The translations under genes were made by a program, and so were the position numbers. Positions 49,116 through 60,540 of a DNA stretch of 64,000 nt are shown here, in pieces. Each line of letters begins with the position of its first letter. Position 1 is the stretch's first letter. Where the stretch lies: NCBI GenBank assembly GCA_963809895.1, contig CAWELD010000003.1, positions 2,848,001 through 2,912,000 on the forward strand, given 5' to 3'. A model generated the notes under the pieces. The model was not told where the DNA came from, did no database searches, and was given only the letters and a program-made list of their open reading frames with translations. Origin of the DNA: an uncultured Gemmatimonadales bacterium (GTDB taxonomy: Bacteria > Gemmatimonadota > Gemmatimonadetes > Longimicrobiales > Gaopeijiaceae).

Positions 49116-49196
49116 AGTCAATATGTCCGGGATGCCTTGCCGCGGCAACTCGCGGCTCAGGTTGAGCGGCGCCTCCGCCCTCGCGCGGCACGCGCC

Positions 49197-49349
49197 GTTT
49201 CACGAGACGTTCCGCCAGGGGTGCCGAACGTTCCGTGAAACAGACGCAGGACGGGTCGGGCACAGCCGTTCGGCAGCCCCAAGCCGTTGACACATCGCGA
49301 GTTGTCGCCCCAGAGCACCGACCGGGGGGTCGTCGGCCCGCACATTGCA
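49197..49349 (+). promoter_or_regulatory. Putative sigma54 promoter with upstream inverted-repeat enhancer
   Basis: CGGCCCG-CACA-TTGCA at 49334-49349 (GG-N10-GC). Inverted repeat at 49197-49215 / 49223-49241, 16 of 19 matching. Confidence 0.5.
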
Positions 49350-49431
49350 CTCTTATGGCTCCGCTGGGAACCCCCCACACCCCTCTCTCGGGGCTCGGTT
49401 CCGCACACTGTCATCAGACGGAGGACATCTC

Positions 49432-50616
49432 ATGAGGCATTGGAAGACCGTACCTCTTCTGGCGTTGACCGCGGTCGCCGCGGTGGCCTGCAACGACGCC
49501 ACGGATCCCGCTACCGTCACGTCGCCGGACGTGGTCACCGCGGCCTCGCCCGCCGGCGGCTCCCCGTCCATCCGCACGGGGGCCGTCTACCTGCAGTCCA
49601 ACGAGGCGGACGGCAACCACGTGCTGGTCTACAACCGGGCCGCAGACGGCTCACTCACGGCCGCCTCGCCGGTGGCCACCGGCGGAGACGGCACGGGCGA
49701 CGGCCTGGGCAACCAGGGCGCGTTGGCGCTGACGAACAACGGCCGGCTCCTCCTGGTGGTGAACGCGGGCTCCAACTCCATCACGTCGTTCCGGGTGACC
49801 CACAGCGGCCTGCAGTGGGCCGACATGGCCCCGTCCGGCGGTGATCGGCCCGTCAGTCTCACCATTCACGGCAACCTGGTCTACGTGCTGAATGCGGCGC
49901 GCGACGCGGGAGACGGCGGGCCCAACAACATCAGCGCGCTGTGGCTGGGGAACGACGGATCGTTGGAGCCCATGGCAGGCTCGTCGCGGCCGCTGAGCGA
50001 CGACTACGTCGGACCGGCTCAGGTGAGCTTCTCGCCCGACGGGCACGTGTTGGCGGTCACCGAGAAGGGCACGAATCTGATCACTACCTACACCGTGGAC
50101 TCCGACGGCATGGCCTCCGGGCCCACTTGGTTCGCCTCCGCCGCACCCACGCCCTTCGGCTTCGCCTTCGATCGCGATGGACACCTCATCGTCAGTGAAG
50201 CCGCCGGTGGCGCTGCCGACGCCAGCAGCGTGTCGTCGTACGACGTGGGTTGGGACGGTTCGCTGAGCCTGATCACCGATGCGCTCGCCACGACCGAGAC
50301 CGCGGCATGCTGGATCGCCATCTCGAACAACAGCCGCTTCGCGTACACGACGAACGGCGGCAGCGGCACGATCTCCGGCGTTAGCATCGGCCATGACGGC
50401 AGCTTGAGCCTGCTGGACGCCGATGGTGTCACGGGCGACTCAGGAGCCGGCAGCACGCCTCTGGACGCCGCCTTCTCGTCCGGCGGCCGGTACCTCTACG
50501 TGCTGGCGGCGGGTGTGCCCGGTATCGCCGTCTTCGAGATCGACTCCCATGGTGGGCTCACCGAGCTGCCGGGTGTGTCGCTTCCGGCGGGCGCGAACGG
50601 GATGGCAGCACGGTAG
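49432..50616 (+). CDS. Lactonase-family beta-propeller lipoprotein (6-phosphogluconolactonase-like)
   Basis: Lipobox VAC; repeated blades (LVVNAGSNSITSF, VYVLNA, FSPDG, ACWIAIS, GRYLYVL). Confidence 0.85.
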   Translation: MRHWKTVPLLALTAVAAVACNDATDPATVTSPDVVTAASPAGGSPSIRTGAVYLQSNEADGNHVLVYNRAADGSLTAASPVATGGDGTGDGLGNQGALALTNNGRLLLVVNAGSNSITSFRVTHSGLQWADMAPSGGDRPVSLTIHGNLVYVLNAARDAGDGGPNNISALWLGNDGSLEPMAGSSRPLSDDYVGPAQVSFSPDGHVLAVTEKGTNLITTYTVDSDGMASGPTWFASAAPTPFGFAFDRDGHLIVSEAAGGAADASSVSSYDVGWDGSLSLITDALATTETAACWIAISNNSRFAYTTNGGSGTISGVSIGHDGSLSLLDADGVTGDSGAGSTPLDAAFSSGGRYLYVLAAGVPGIAVFEIDSHGGLTELPGVSLPAGANGMAAR

Positions 50617-50641
50617 GAACCGTCAGCTGCAGAATCTCGCG

Positions 50642-50679
50642 ACCCCTCCCCCTCCGGCCTACGCCGGGGGCGGAGGGGT
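50642..50679. terminator. Hairpin terminator between convergent genes
   Basis: ACCCCTCC-CCCTCCGGC-CTAC-GCCGGGGG-C-GGAGGGGT, followed by TTCT. Confidence 0.7.
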
Positions 50680-50688
50680 TTCTCGCGT

Positions 50689-51468
50689 TCAGGCGCCGGC
50701 GGGCACCAGCGCCAATACCCGCAACGGGCTGCCGCTTCCATCGACGATCTTGAGCGGCGCCGCGACCACCACGGCCCCCTTCGCCGGTAGCTGATCCAGG
50801 TTCGTTAGGCTCGCGAGCCCGAACCTGCCGGCCCCGTGCATGAGGGTGTGGTTCGGAAACGGCGGGTCGAAGCCCCCGGCCTGACCGGCGTCGGTGCCGA
50901 TGGTCTCCACCCCGACCCCGAGCACGTCACGATCGATGAGGAGCTCGGTGGCGTCCTTGCGCATACCCGGCGAGTGCGGGCCGTCGTCGGCCACGTTCAG
51001 GAAGTCGTCCGGATCCATGCGCTTGCTCCAGTCGCTCCGCACCAGGACCCAGGAATCGGCGGGAATGCGGCCGTGGTCGGCCTCCCACGCCTCGATGCGC
51101 GCGGGCGTCAGCAGGAAGTCCGGGTCGTCGGCGACCTCCGCGGAGACGTCGATGACGCACGCGGGGCCCACGAACCGCTCCGGGGGGATCGTGTCGCAGC
51201 GGTTGTCGGGCAGATCCTTGCCCGTCACCCAGTGCACCGGCGCGTCGAAATGGGTGCCGGTGTGCTCCCCCAGGCGCAACGTGTTCCAGTACCAGCCCGG
51301 GCCTCGATCGTCGTAGCGGCTGATCTCCTCCACGGTGAGTCCCGGGGACTGCGCGAAGATGTCGGGCAATCCGATGACCGGCGTGCCCGGTCCCAGAGGT
51401 TGGGTCAGATCCACGACCCGGATGCGGCCGGCGGCGAGATCGGAGACGAGCTGGTCGAGCGAAGCCAT
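50689..51468 (-). CDS. Cyclase-family metallohydrolase (kynurenine formamidase/isatin hydrolase-like)
   Basis: EHTGTHFDAPVH motif; GSGSPLRVLA. Confidence 0.9.
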   Translation of the reverse strand: MASLDQLVSDLAAGRIRVVDLTQPLGPGTPVIGLPDIFAQSPGLTVEEISRYDDRGPGWYWNTLRLGEHTGTHFDAPVHWVTGKDLPDNRCDTIPPERFVGPACVIDVSAEVADDPDFLLTPARIEAWEADHGRIPADSWVLVRSDWSKRMDPDDFLNVADDGPHSPGMRKDATELLIDRDVLGVGVETIGTDAGQAGGFDPPFPNHTLMHGAGRFGLASLTNLDQLPAKGAVVVAAPLKIVDGSGSPLRVLALVPAGA

Positions 51469-51500
51469 GTGGTGGTCCTCGGGGATCGGATTCTGGGGGC

Positions 51501-52088
51501 TCAGCCCCGCGCGTGGGCTTGCTTGCGCTCCTGGATACAGCGCCGGAAGCGGAAGGCGTTCTCGGGCAGATGCAGGTCCATGCCGTAGTGGTCGGGCCCG
51601 GTGGCGCGCACGCGGGCGACGATGACGCTGAGGGCCTCGCGCTCCAGCGCCTCCAGAGCGGCCTCGCCGAACTCCAGCGGCGTGGCCACGTCGGCCACGT
51701 GCTCGATACCGGCTCCCCGGGCTATCGCGGCCAGGTCCGTGACACCGGAAGCGGTTTGCGAGTCGAAGCCACCGGTGGACAGCAGGCTGCCGTTGTCGAA
51801 CACGACGTGGATGAGGTTGGGTGGCCGGTAGCGCGCCAGCGTAGCCAGGGTACCCAGGTTCATGAGCACCGAGCCGTCGCCGTCCAGGACGAAGACGCGC
51901 TCGTGGGGCAGATGACGCGCCAGCCCGAGGCCGATGGACGACGCCAGACCCATGGCGTGCTGCAGATAGAAGAAATTGTCCCGGTCGCCCAGGTCGTAGA
52001 GCTCCTGGGCGCAGGCCCCCATGATGGTGACCACGAGCCGGTCTTCCAGCTCCGGATAGAGGACCTCGAGGCACTGGGCGCGTTCCAC
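51501..52088 (-). CDS. TPP-binding decarboxylase beta subunit (sulfopyruvate decarboxylase ComE-like)
   Basis: MGLASSIGLGLA, DGDGSVLMN...DNG and STGG TPP motif. Confidence 0.8.
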   Translation of the reverse strand: MERAQCLEVLYPELEDRLVVTIMGACAQELYDLGDRDNFFYLQHAMGLASSIGLGLARHLPHERVFVLDGDGSVLMNLGTLATLARYRPPNLIHVVFDNGSLLSTGGFDSQTASGVTDLAAIARGAGIEHVADVATPLEFGEAALEALEREALSVIVARVRATGPDHYGMDLHLPENAFRFRRCIQERKQAHARG

Positions 52089-52089
52089 G

Positions 52090-52599
52090 TCAGTCCTCCA
52101 TGAGGTCGCGGGTCAGGAGCAGCGCCACCGGCGACAACGAGCTCTGCGAGAAGGTGTGGGCCTCGCGGATCTGTCGGCCCACCTCGGCCGGGTCCCGGGC
52201 GTAGGCGAAGGGGATGGAGAGCGCCCTGAGCACCTCTTCGGTGACGATGCCGCCCCGCGTGTGCCAGGGATAGGGCTCCCCCCAGTGACCCCGCAGCGCG
52301 ATGAGCATGCACAGAGGCACGCTGTAGAGCTCCGCCAGCGACACGATGCCGTTGATGGCCGCCAAAAAGCCGTGGTTCTGCATGAGGAGCGCGTGGGGCT
52401 CACCGGCGAACCAGGCCCCCGCCGCCACCCCGATGGCCTCTTCCTCCTTGGCCACCTGGATCAGATCCATGTCCGGATCGTCCTCGGCCCGCTGCAGCAG
52501 GAGGCCCAGCCAGGTCTCGGGAAGCGCCGAGATCGAGCGAATGCCAGCCGCCTTGATCCCCTGGTAGACGATCTTGGAGTTGTCGTACGAGACCGGCAT
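52090..52599 (-). CDS. Decarboxylase alpha subunit (ComD-like)
   Basis: KEEEAIGVAAGA, MQNHG and ALRG...E. Confidence 0.8.
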   Translation of the reverse strand: MPVSYDNSKIVYQGIKAAGIRSISALPETWLGLLLQRAEDDPDMDLIQVAKEEEAIGVAAGAWFAGEPHALLMQNHGFLAAINGIVSLAELYSVPLCMLIALRGHWGEPYPWHTRGGIVTEEVLRALSIPFAYARDPAEVGRQIREAHTFSQSSLSPVALLLTRDLMED

Positions 52600-52677
52600 G
52601 CATTCGCCCCCACGGCCAGGGTTCCACGAAGGGGGCGAGGATAGAGGCAGAGGCGGGGCCGGGCAAGAGGAGAGCGG

Positions 52678-52699
52678 GTGTTTGACGCGTGTTTGACGC
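52678..52699. promoter_or_regulatory. Perfect tandem 11-bp repeat (GTGTTTGACGC)x2
   Basis: Seen directly in the divergent intergenic region, 55 nt upstream of the 52755 ATG. Confidence 0.55.
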
Positions 52700-52754
52700 C
52701 CGCGCGCGAACATGGGCGACCTTCACCGTTCGGTCCCGCCGCGGAGGCTCATCC

Positions 52755-53819
52755 ATGCGTCGTCCCCTGCTCGTCCTGCTGCCCCTCGTCCTCGCCACGC
52801 TCGCAGGCTGCGAAGGCCCCGACGCCGCATCCGTCGTCAGCCCAGAGCTGGCCCGGTCCAAGGGCGACCACGGCAAGCCCGGCGGGTCGGTCACCGCGCC
52901 CACCCTGGACGAGTTCTTCGTCTACGAGGGGGCCGGCGGCCAGGACTACGTCCACGTGGTGGTGGACGGGCCGGCGACCGTCATCTCGTTCAACTCGGTC
53001 TTCGACCACTTCCAGAACGGCGTGCGGGACGACGATCCCCCGTTCGACACGCACTACGAGTTCTTCCACCGCGGCTTCGCACCCGACCAGCCGCCCGAGG
53101 CTCTCGGTGACGGACGGGTCCACGTGGACATCCCCTTCGACGGCACCTTCGCCGACTACGACCCCGCCATCGACGACTACCGGCCGGCCACCTTCTTCGA
53201 CCACCCCTATCAGGATCTGGACGGCAATGGCGCCGACGCCTACGCCCTCCGCCTCGTCTGGCAGTGGGACGACGGTGGCACGCAGACGGAGAGCATGACC
53301 CCCTACTCGGTGATCGGCTCCAACGACACCGGCCTGCACGACGGGGCGACCACCTCCACCTTCGCCCGCTTCAAGGGCGCCGCGGCACCGAGCCAGGTCT
53401 ACGTCTCGGCCATGTCCGCTGCGCCGGCCCGCTGCTCCACTACCACCGTGCGCTCCGGCAAGGGGAAGAACCGCACGGAGGAGACGGTGACGCAGGTCGA
53501 CGTGGACGTGTCGTATACCCTGGGCACCTCCGGCGTGGGCGATCCTGCCGACGCCGATCCCTGGGTCGAGTTCCACCTGCAGGACGGTGATCTCCTCTCC
53601 TACCGAGCCTCCGTCATCGCCGATGCCTGGAGCGGGACCCTGACGCTGGAGCTCCCGGCCGGCTCCAACCTCGGCGACCTGCGCTTCATCGTCGACTACG
53701 TGTATCCGGACGCCGCCTGGGGTGTGTACGACCCCGGCCAGAACGACGTCACCACCGAGACCGGCCCCGACAGCGAGCCCGTGGCCTTCGTGAGTGTGGA
53801 CACCAGCGCCTGCTCGTAA
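52755..53819 (+). CDS. Hypothetical acidic lipoprotein
   Basis: GGAGG SD, lipobox LAGC, strong GC3 codon bias; no family recognised. Confidence 0.75.
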   Translation: MRRPLLVLLPLVLATLAGCEGPDAASVVSPELARSKGDHGKPGGSVTAPTLDEFFVYEGAGGQDYVHVVVDGPATVISFNSVFDHFQNGVRDDDPPFDTHYEFFHRGFAPDQPPEALGDGRVHVDIPFDGTFADYDPAIDDYRPATFFDHPYQDLDGNGADAYALRLVWQWDDGGTQTESMTPYSVIGSNDTGLHDGATTSTFARFKGAAAPSQVYVSAMSAAPARCSTTTVRSGKGKNRTEETVTQVDVDVSYTLGTSGVGDPADADPWVEFHLQDGDLLSYRASVIADAWSGTLTLELPAGSNLGDLRFIVDYVYPDAAWGVYDPGQNDVTTETGPDSEPVAFVSVDTSACS

Positions 53820-53978
53820 CGCCGGAGCAGACGAGGGTCTGACAGGCCGAAGCCCCGGAGCGGCGCCGCGGAACGCGCTGCCGAGCGCTGGGCCTGGTGG
53901 TGACCCTCCGCGTCGACGGTCAGCCGGGGGAGCTTGGGAGTCGTACGGGCACGGCTGGCCGTTCGGCGCGAGTCGCAC

Positions 53979-54008
53979 GGGGTGGGCGTCCGCTGAGACG
54001 CCCACCCC
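53979..54008. terminator. Hairpin between convergent genes
   Basis: GGGGTGGGCGTC-CGCTGA-GACGCCCACCCC, a perfect 12-bp stem. Confidence 0.65.
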
Positions 54009-54021
54009 TTCGTCTATCCGA

Positions 54022-55926
<1,905 letters not shown>

Positions 55927-56149
55927 GCGCCCTCCTTGAAGGGTACGCGGATCCGAAACCGCCATGGGAGGGGGATGGCGGCGCGACCGGGACCGGCGGG
56001 TCGTCCCTGGCTTCATGCTAGGGCTCCGGGCCTTGACCTGCCAGCGTCCCGTCAGGCGCGGGGGTCGGGTCCGTGGGGCGCTTTTGAACACTCGGACGAC
56101 TGCGTGGTATGAGAGAGGGTTGGTATCTCTGTCCCTCCTTCCCGGGAAG

Positions 56150-56839
56150 ATGATGGCCCTCAGCGACTTGGCGCTCCACGAACAGATCATGCTCCTCGTC
56201 CTCACGCGCCGGGACGGCTCGCTCCTGGAGACCACCCAATACCAGTACGCCGTCGCCGGAGGGATCCTGGCGCAGCTCGTGCTGGAGGGTTACGTGGAGC
56301 TCAAGGCCGGCTCGAGCGGTCCCCTGGTGACGGTGATTCGCGAGGAGCCCACGGGGGATCCGGTCCTGGACGAAGCCCTGGAGCAACTCCGGGACGGAAC
56401 CCGCCGTGCGAGCCCACGTCGCTGGATCGGACGTTTCGCCGAAGACGAAGAGCTCCACCTGCGCGTCACGCGCCAGCTGTGCCGAAAGGGCGTCGTGGAC
56501 GAGCACCCGGGCCGTGCCAGGCTCATCTTCCTGCGCAGCGTCTACGTGGACCTGGACCCCGAAACGAAGGAATCCGTGGTCGAGCGCGTTCGCCAGGCGA
56601 TCTTCGGCGACGGTCCTGTCGACGTGCGCACCGCGGTCGTCACGGCGCTGGCCGGTGCGGGTGACGTGTTGCGCTACGTCTTCGATCCGGGCGAGGTGCT
56701 GGCTCGGGGGCCGCGCATCCGGTCGATGGTGGACAACGCCGAGACCGGCGAAGCCGTGCGCGAAGCTCTCCGCGAGGCCGAGGCGGCGGTGGTGTCGGCC
56801 ACGGACACAGCCGTCCTGGAAAGGGCCGCCGGCGTCTGA
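56150..56839 (+). CDS. GPP34 (GOLPH3/Vps74-like) family protein
   Basis: LHEQIMLL...[12 protein letters not shown]...[11 protein letters not shown]...W...L..KGV. Confidence 0.75.
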   Translation: MMALSDLALHEQIMLLVLTRRDGSLLETTQYQYAVAGGILAQLVLEGYVELKAGSSGPLVTVIREEPTGDPVLDEALEQLRDGTRRASPRRWIGRFAEDEELHLRVTRQLCRKGVVDEHPGRARLIFLRSVYVDLDPETKESVVERVRQAIFGDGPVDVRTAVVTALAGAGDVLRYVFDPGEVLARGPRIRSMVDNAETGEAVREALREAEAAVVSATDTAVLERAAGV

Positions 56840-56872
56840 TCGCAGGCGGCCGGGTGCGGGACCCCGGTCGGG

Positions 56873-57700
56873 TCAGTAGCCCAGGTCGAACGACCGCAGG
56901 CGAAACTCCAGGGTCCGCAGCACCGGGAGCCTGGACTTGAGCATCACGAGCAGGTGCAGCGAGTCGTCGGTGAAGAAAAGCTCCGCTTCGCCACCCTGTC
57001 CGAAGAGACCCGTGGTCTGGATCGTGGGGCGAACGACGATGGTCTCGAACTGGCCGGCCGGAACCCGAACCGTCTGTTTCCGGACCACGTCCAGAACCAG
57101 GGGATTCCCATTCTCGCGGAAGTAGTCCTTCAGGACGTAACGGTTTCCGACTTCCAGGGGCAACGCCCGCACGTAGTAGACGAAGGAGATGTCGTCCAGC
57201 GGGTTCGCCGAGGGTAGTGGTCCCGACTCCCCCGCGCCCTCCTCGTCGGTGCGGCGCCACTCGCCCTCGTCGGGATAGAACTCGTAGACCTGGTGTGTAT
57301 GGGTCTTGGGTTCGTCCTGGTCCTTCTGGAACCGCAACGCCCTCATGGTGGCGGGGTCCAGCCACGACTGGAGCACGTCGTCTACGGTCACGGATCCGAA
57401 CAGGGCCGAGGCGTGCAGCTCCAGACGCACGTTGTAGACCGGCGTGCCCCGCACCGAGTCCGCCCGCACCTCCAGGATCCCCTCGCCCACGTTACCCAGG
57501 AAACCCACGTGGGCATCGTACTCCAGGCGTTCGCCGGGCCGATACGGATGATACATCCCATGGCGGGGAGGCAACGGCGTGCTGGAGCTCATGGCGCTGT
57601 CCGCTCCCCTACCATCGTTCGACTGGCCGGCGAGGGGCCCGGCCGCTGCCAGAACGGCAGCCGCTGCAAGACCGAAGGCGAGTCGTGGCAAGGAAGGCAT
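56873..57700 (-). CDS. DUF3108-like exported protein
   Basis: PGERLEY, LDDISFVYYVR and VRVPAGQFET. Confidence 0.75.
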   Translation of the reverse strand: MPSLPRLAFGLAAAAVLAAAGPLAGQSNDGRGADSAMSSSTPLPPRHGMYHPYRPGERLEYDAHVGFLGNVGEGILEVRADSVRGTPVYNVRLELHASALFGSVTVDDVLQSWLDPATMRALRFQKDQDEPKTHTHQVYEFYPDEGEWRRTDEEGAGESGPLPSANPLDDISFVYYVRALPLEVGNRYVLKDYFRENGNPLVLDVVRKQTVRVPAGQFETIVVRPTIQTTGLFGQGGEAELFFTDDSLHLLVMLKSRLPVLRTLEFRLRSFDLGY

Positions 57701-57920
57701 GGTCTGCGGACGAGGGGACGAAAAGGACGGATCCGGCACTGGAAGGCGCCGCAATCGCGGGAGGGTCTTGAACACCGCGCATCCCCGCCCCGTTCCCCGC
57801 GCGCTGGACCGCCGCAGTTCCCCTTCGTGCGCCGTAGACCTATAGTCGTGGCCGCGTGGGCGGATTCGAGCCACCCTGAGATCCGCTGGACCCGCGCGGG
57901 CATCTCAACAGAGGTCGGGC

Positions 57921-59774
57921 ATGAGCGAAACCAGTACCGGAGCCGCCGGCGAACACTGGGAGTTCGCCGGGTGGGGCAAGGCGGAGCGGGTCACCGACCT
58001 GGCCCCGACTCCCCCGGAGCAGTTCACGCACCTCGACCAGCCGCACAAACACCTGCTGGGCCAATGGCGCGCCACCGCCATCTGCGGCAACGACATCACC
58101 TCCAGCGTCCTGTACGTTTCCGCGCTGTGCGCTGCCCAGGCCGGTGCGCTGGCGCCGGTCGTGCTCGTCATCGTGGCCGGCGTCCTCTTCCTCTACCGAC
58201 GCATCTACGCCGAGGTCGGAAGCGCGCTGCCACTGAACGGCGGCACGTACACGGTGCTGCTCAACACCACCAACAAGCGTCTCGCCGCGGCCGCGGCCGT
58301 ACTCACGCTGCTGTCCTACATCGCCACGGCCGTGATCAGCTCCAGCGAGGCGATGCACTACGCCCACAATCTCGCGCCCGGGCTCCCCGTGATCGCGGCG
58401 ACCGTGGGGGTGCTGGGGATCTTCGCGTTCCTGAACATCATGGGCGTCAGCGAATCGGCGATGGTGGCGCTGGGCATCTTCGTCATCCACATCCTGACGC
58501 TCACCGTGCTGGCCGTTGCGGCGAGCATCCGGGTCGTCCGCGACCCGTCGCTCCTCATGGCGAACTGGACCATGCCCGATCCCCGGGGCCTGGGGTCCGC
58601 GCTCTTTCTCGGGTTCGCAGCGGGTATGCTGGGGATCAGCGGCTTCGAGAGCTCAGCGAATTTCATCGAGGAGCAGGAACGGGGCGTTTTTCCCAAGACG
58701 TTGCGCAACATGTGGGTGGCGGTGGCCATCTTCAATCCGCTGATCAGCCTGCTCTCGCTCGGGCTACTACCGTTGCAGGAGATCCGCTCGGTGCCCCCGG
58801 ATCTGCTGGCACAGATGGGCACCCAGTCGGTGTCGCCCTGGCTCGGCCGCTGGGTGAGCCTCGACGCGGTCCTGGTCCTGTCGGGTGCCGTGCTCACCAG
58901 CTTCGTCGGCGTCACCGGCCTCGTCCGCCGCATGAGCCTGGATCAATGCCTGCCCCAGATCCTGCTACGGGAGAACCGCTGGCGAGGCACGAACCACTGG
59001 ATCATTCTCGGCTTCTTCGCCCTGTGCACCTCCATCCTCTTCGTGACCCGGGGCGACATCTCGACGTTGGCCGGCGTCTACACGCTCTCGTTCCTGAGCG
59101 TCATGGCGCTCTTCGCCATCGGCAACATGCTGCTCAAGCGCCGCCGGGCTCGCCTGCCCCGGGCGGTACGCGCGAGCTGGCCGGGCGTGGTGTTCGCCCT
59201 GGCCGCGGTGCTGGCCGGCATCATCGGCAACGTCCAGCTCAACCCGCACAACGTGGAGGTCTTCTCCATCTACTTCGTGGTGGCGGCGCTGGCCGTGGCG
59301 CTCATGTTCATCAGACGGGAGCTCCTGCGGGGGATTCTCGGCGCGTCGAGCGCCGTGGTGGAGCGCGTGCGAGACGTCAACGAGCGGGTGCGGGGATTCG
59401 TCACCGGCAAGCTGGACGAGATCAACCGCATGGGCGTCATCTACTTCACCAAGGGCGACGACGCCGCCATCCTGAATCGCGCGGCGCTCTACGTGCGGAC
59501 CAACGAACAGACGAACCGAATGCGCGTGGTGCACGTGTTCGAGAACGAGAAGGACATCCCCGCGCACCTGGCGGAGCAGCTCTCGGAGATCGACCACCTC
59601 TATCCCGAGCTACGCATCGACTTCGTGGCGGTGAAGGGCACCTTCGGACCCGCCATCATCGAGAGTCTGTCGCGGCGCTACCGGGTACCCAAGAACCTCA
59701 TGTTCATCGGCACGCCGGGCGACCGCTTCCCCCATCGCATCTCGGAGCTGGGGGGAGTGCGGGTGATTCTCTAG
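57921..59774 (+). CDS. APC-family amino-acid permease with cytoplasmic C-terminal domain
   Basis: About 12 TMs; GNDITSSVLY, LPLNGGTY and GISGFES. Confidence 0.88.
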   Translation: MSETSTGAAGEHWEFAGWGKAERVTDLAPTPPEQFTHLDQPHKHLLGQWRATAICGNDITSSVLYVSALCAAQAGALAPVVLVIVAGVLFLYRRIYAEVGSALPLNGGTYTVLLNTTNKRLAAAAAVLTLLSYIATAVISSSEAMHYAHNLAPGLPVIAATVGVLGIFAFLNIMGVSESAMVALGIFVIHILTLTVLAVAASIRVVRDPSLLMANWTMPDPRGLGSALFLGFAAGMLGISGFESSANFIEEQERGVFPKTLRNMWVAVAIFNPLISLLSLGLLPLQEIRSVPPDLLAQMGTQSVSPWLGRWVSLDAVLVLSGAVLTSFVGVTGLVRRMSLDQCLPQILLRENRWRGTNHWIILGFFALCTSILFVTRGDISTLAGVYTLSFLSVMALFAIGNMLLKRRRARLPRAVRASWPGVVFALAAVLAGIIGNVQLNPHNVEVFSIYFVVAALAVALMFIRRELLRGILGASSAVVERVRDVNERVRGFVTGKLDEINRMGVIYFTKGDDAAILNRAALYVRTNEQTNRMRVVHVFENEKDIPAHLAEQLSEIDHLYPELRIDFVAVKGTFGPAIIESLSRRYRVPKNLMFIGTPGDRFPHRISELGGVRVIL

Positions 59775-60073
59775 CGAGGCAGGGAGATCTCGGGCTCGTC
59801 GGGGAACGGGCGGTAGAGCACCATGGTGCGACCGATGGTCTGCACCACGTGCACGTCTTCGAGGCTGTCCCGGATGGCATCGGCCGCCTCGTCCACGTCC
59901 ACGGGAGCCCCCATCAGGACCTTGAGCTTCACAAGCTCCCGGGTGTTGAAGGCCTCCTCCACGCTACGGAGCACGGCCGCGGTCACACCGTCGCCGCCCA
60001 CCTGGAAGACCGGCTTCAGCCGTTGGGCGAGCGAGCGCAGGTGGGCGCGCTGCTTCGACGTGAGGGTCGTCAT
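59771..60073 (-). CDS. yhbY: YhbY/CRM-domain RNA-binding protein
   Basis: LTSKQRAHLRSLAQRLKPVFQVG...ELVKLKV...VQTIGRTMVLYR. Confidence 0.92.
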   Translation of the reverse strand: MTTLTSKQRAHLRSLAQRLKPVFQVGGDGVTAAVLRSVEEAFNTRELVKLKVLMGAPVDVDEAADAIRDSLEDVHVVQTIGRTMVLYRPFPDEPEISLPR

Positions 60074-60082
60074 GGCGGACGC

Positions 60083-60358
60083 CTATTCGAAGCCCGCGTA
60101 GGCCGCGTCCAGATCCTCTTTCGAGAGGATCCGGAACGCCACGTGCGTCTCCGTGCGCTCGAGCCCTTCCACCGCGGTGATCTTCTCCGTCACCACCTCG
60201 GCGATTTCGTCCCACTCGGCGACCCGCACCATGGCGACGAGGTCCCATTCGCCCGTGACGGAGTACACCTCGGCCACCCCCTCGAATCCCGCGATGCTGC
60301 GAGCAGCATGAGGGACCTTCTCGGGTTGGCAGCGAATCATGACCAGAGCGACGAACAT
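60083..60358 (-). CDS. Stand-alone Lrp/AsnC ligand-binding (RAM) domain protein
   Basis: GVAEVYSVTGEWDLVAMVRV...TETHVAF; no HTH. Confidence 0.88.
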   Translation of the reverse strand: MFVALVMIRCQPEKVPHAARSIAGFEGVAEVYSVTGEWDLVAMVRVAEWDEIAEVVTEKITAVEGLERTETHVAFRILSKEDLDAAYAGFE

Positions 60359-60540
60359 GCATTCCCCCTGAGCGAGACCCGTGCGCGGTCAGTGCGCCGC
60401 GCATCCCGCGAGAAACCTGACGAAAGCCGGGCCCCGGGGCAAAGGGGCGGCGGGTCCGGCCGTTGGCATCCGGGTGAAATGCGCCTAACATGGTTGGGAT
60501 CGGCCCTCCCGAACACAGGTTCCCGATTCCGGAGGCGAAT

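Noticed and set aside
51501..52599. Coenzyme M or phosphonate biosynthesis cluster
   Set aside because: No comA/B/C, cysteate synthase or PEP mutase in the window.
53820..53978. 160-nt intergenic stretch as ncRNA or gene remnant
   Set aside because: No recognisable RNA motif or convincing coding signal.
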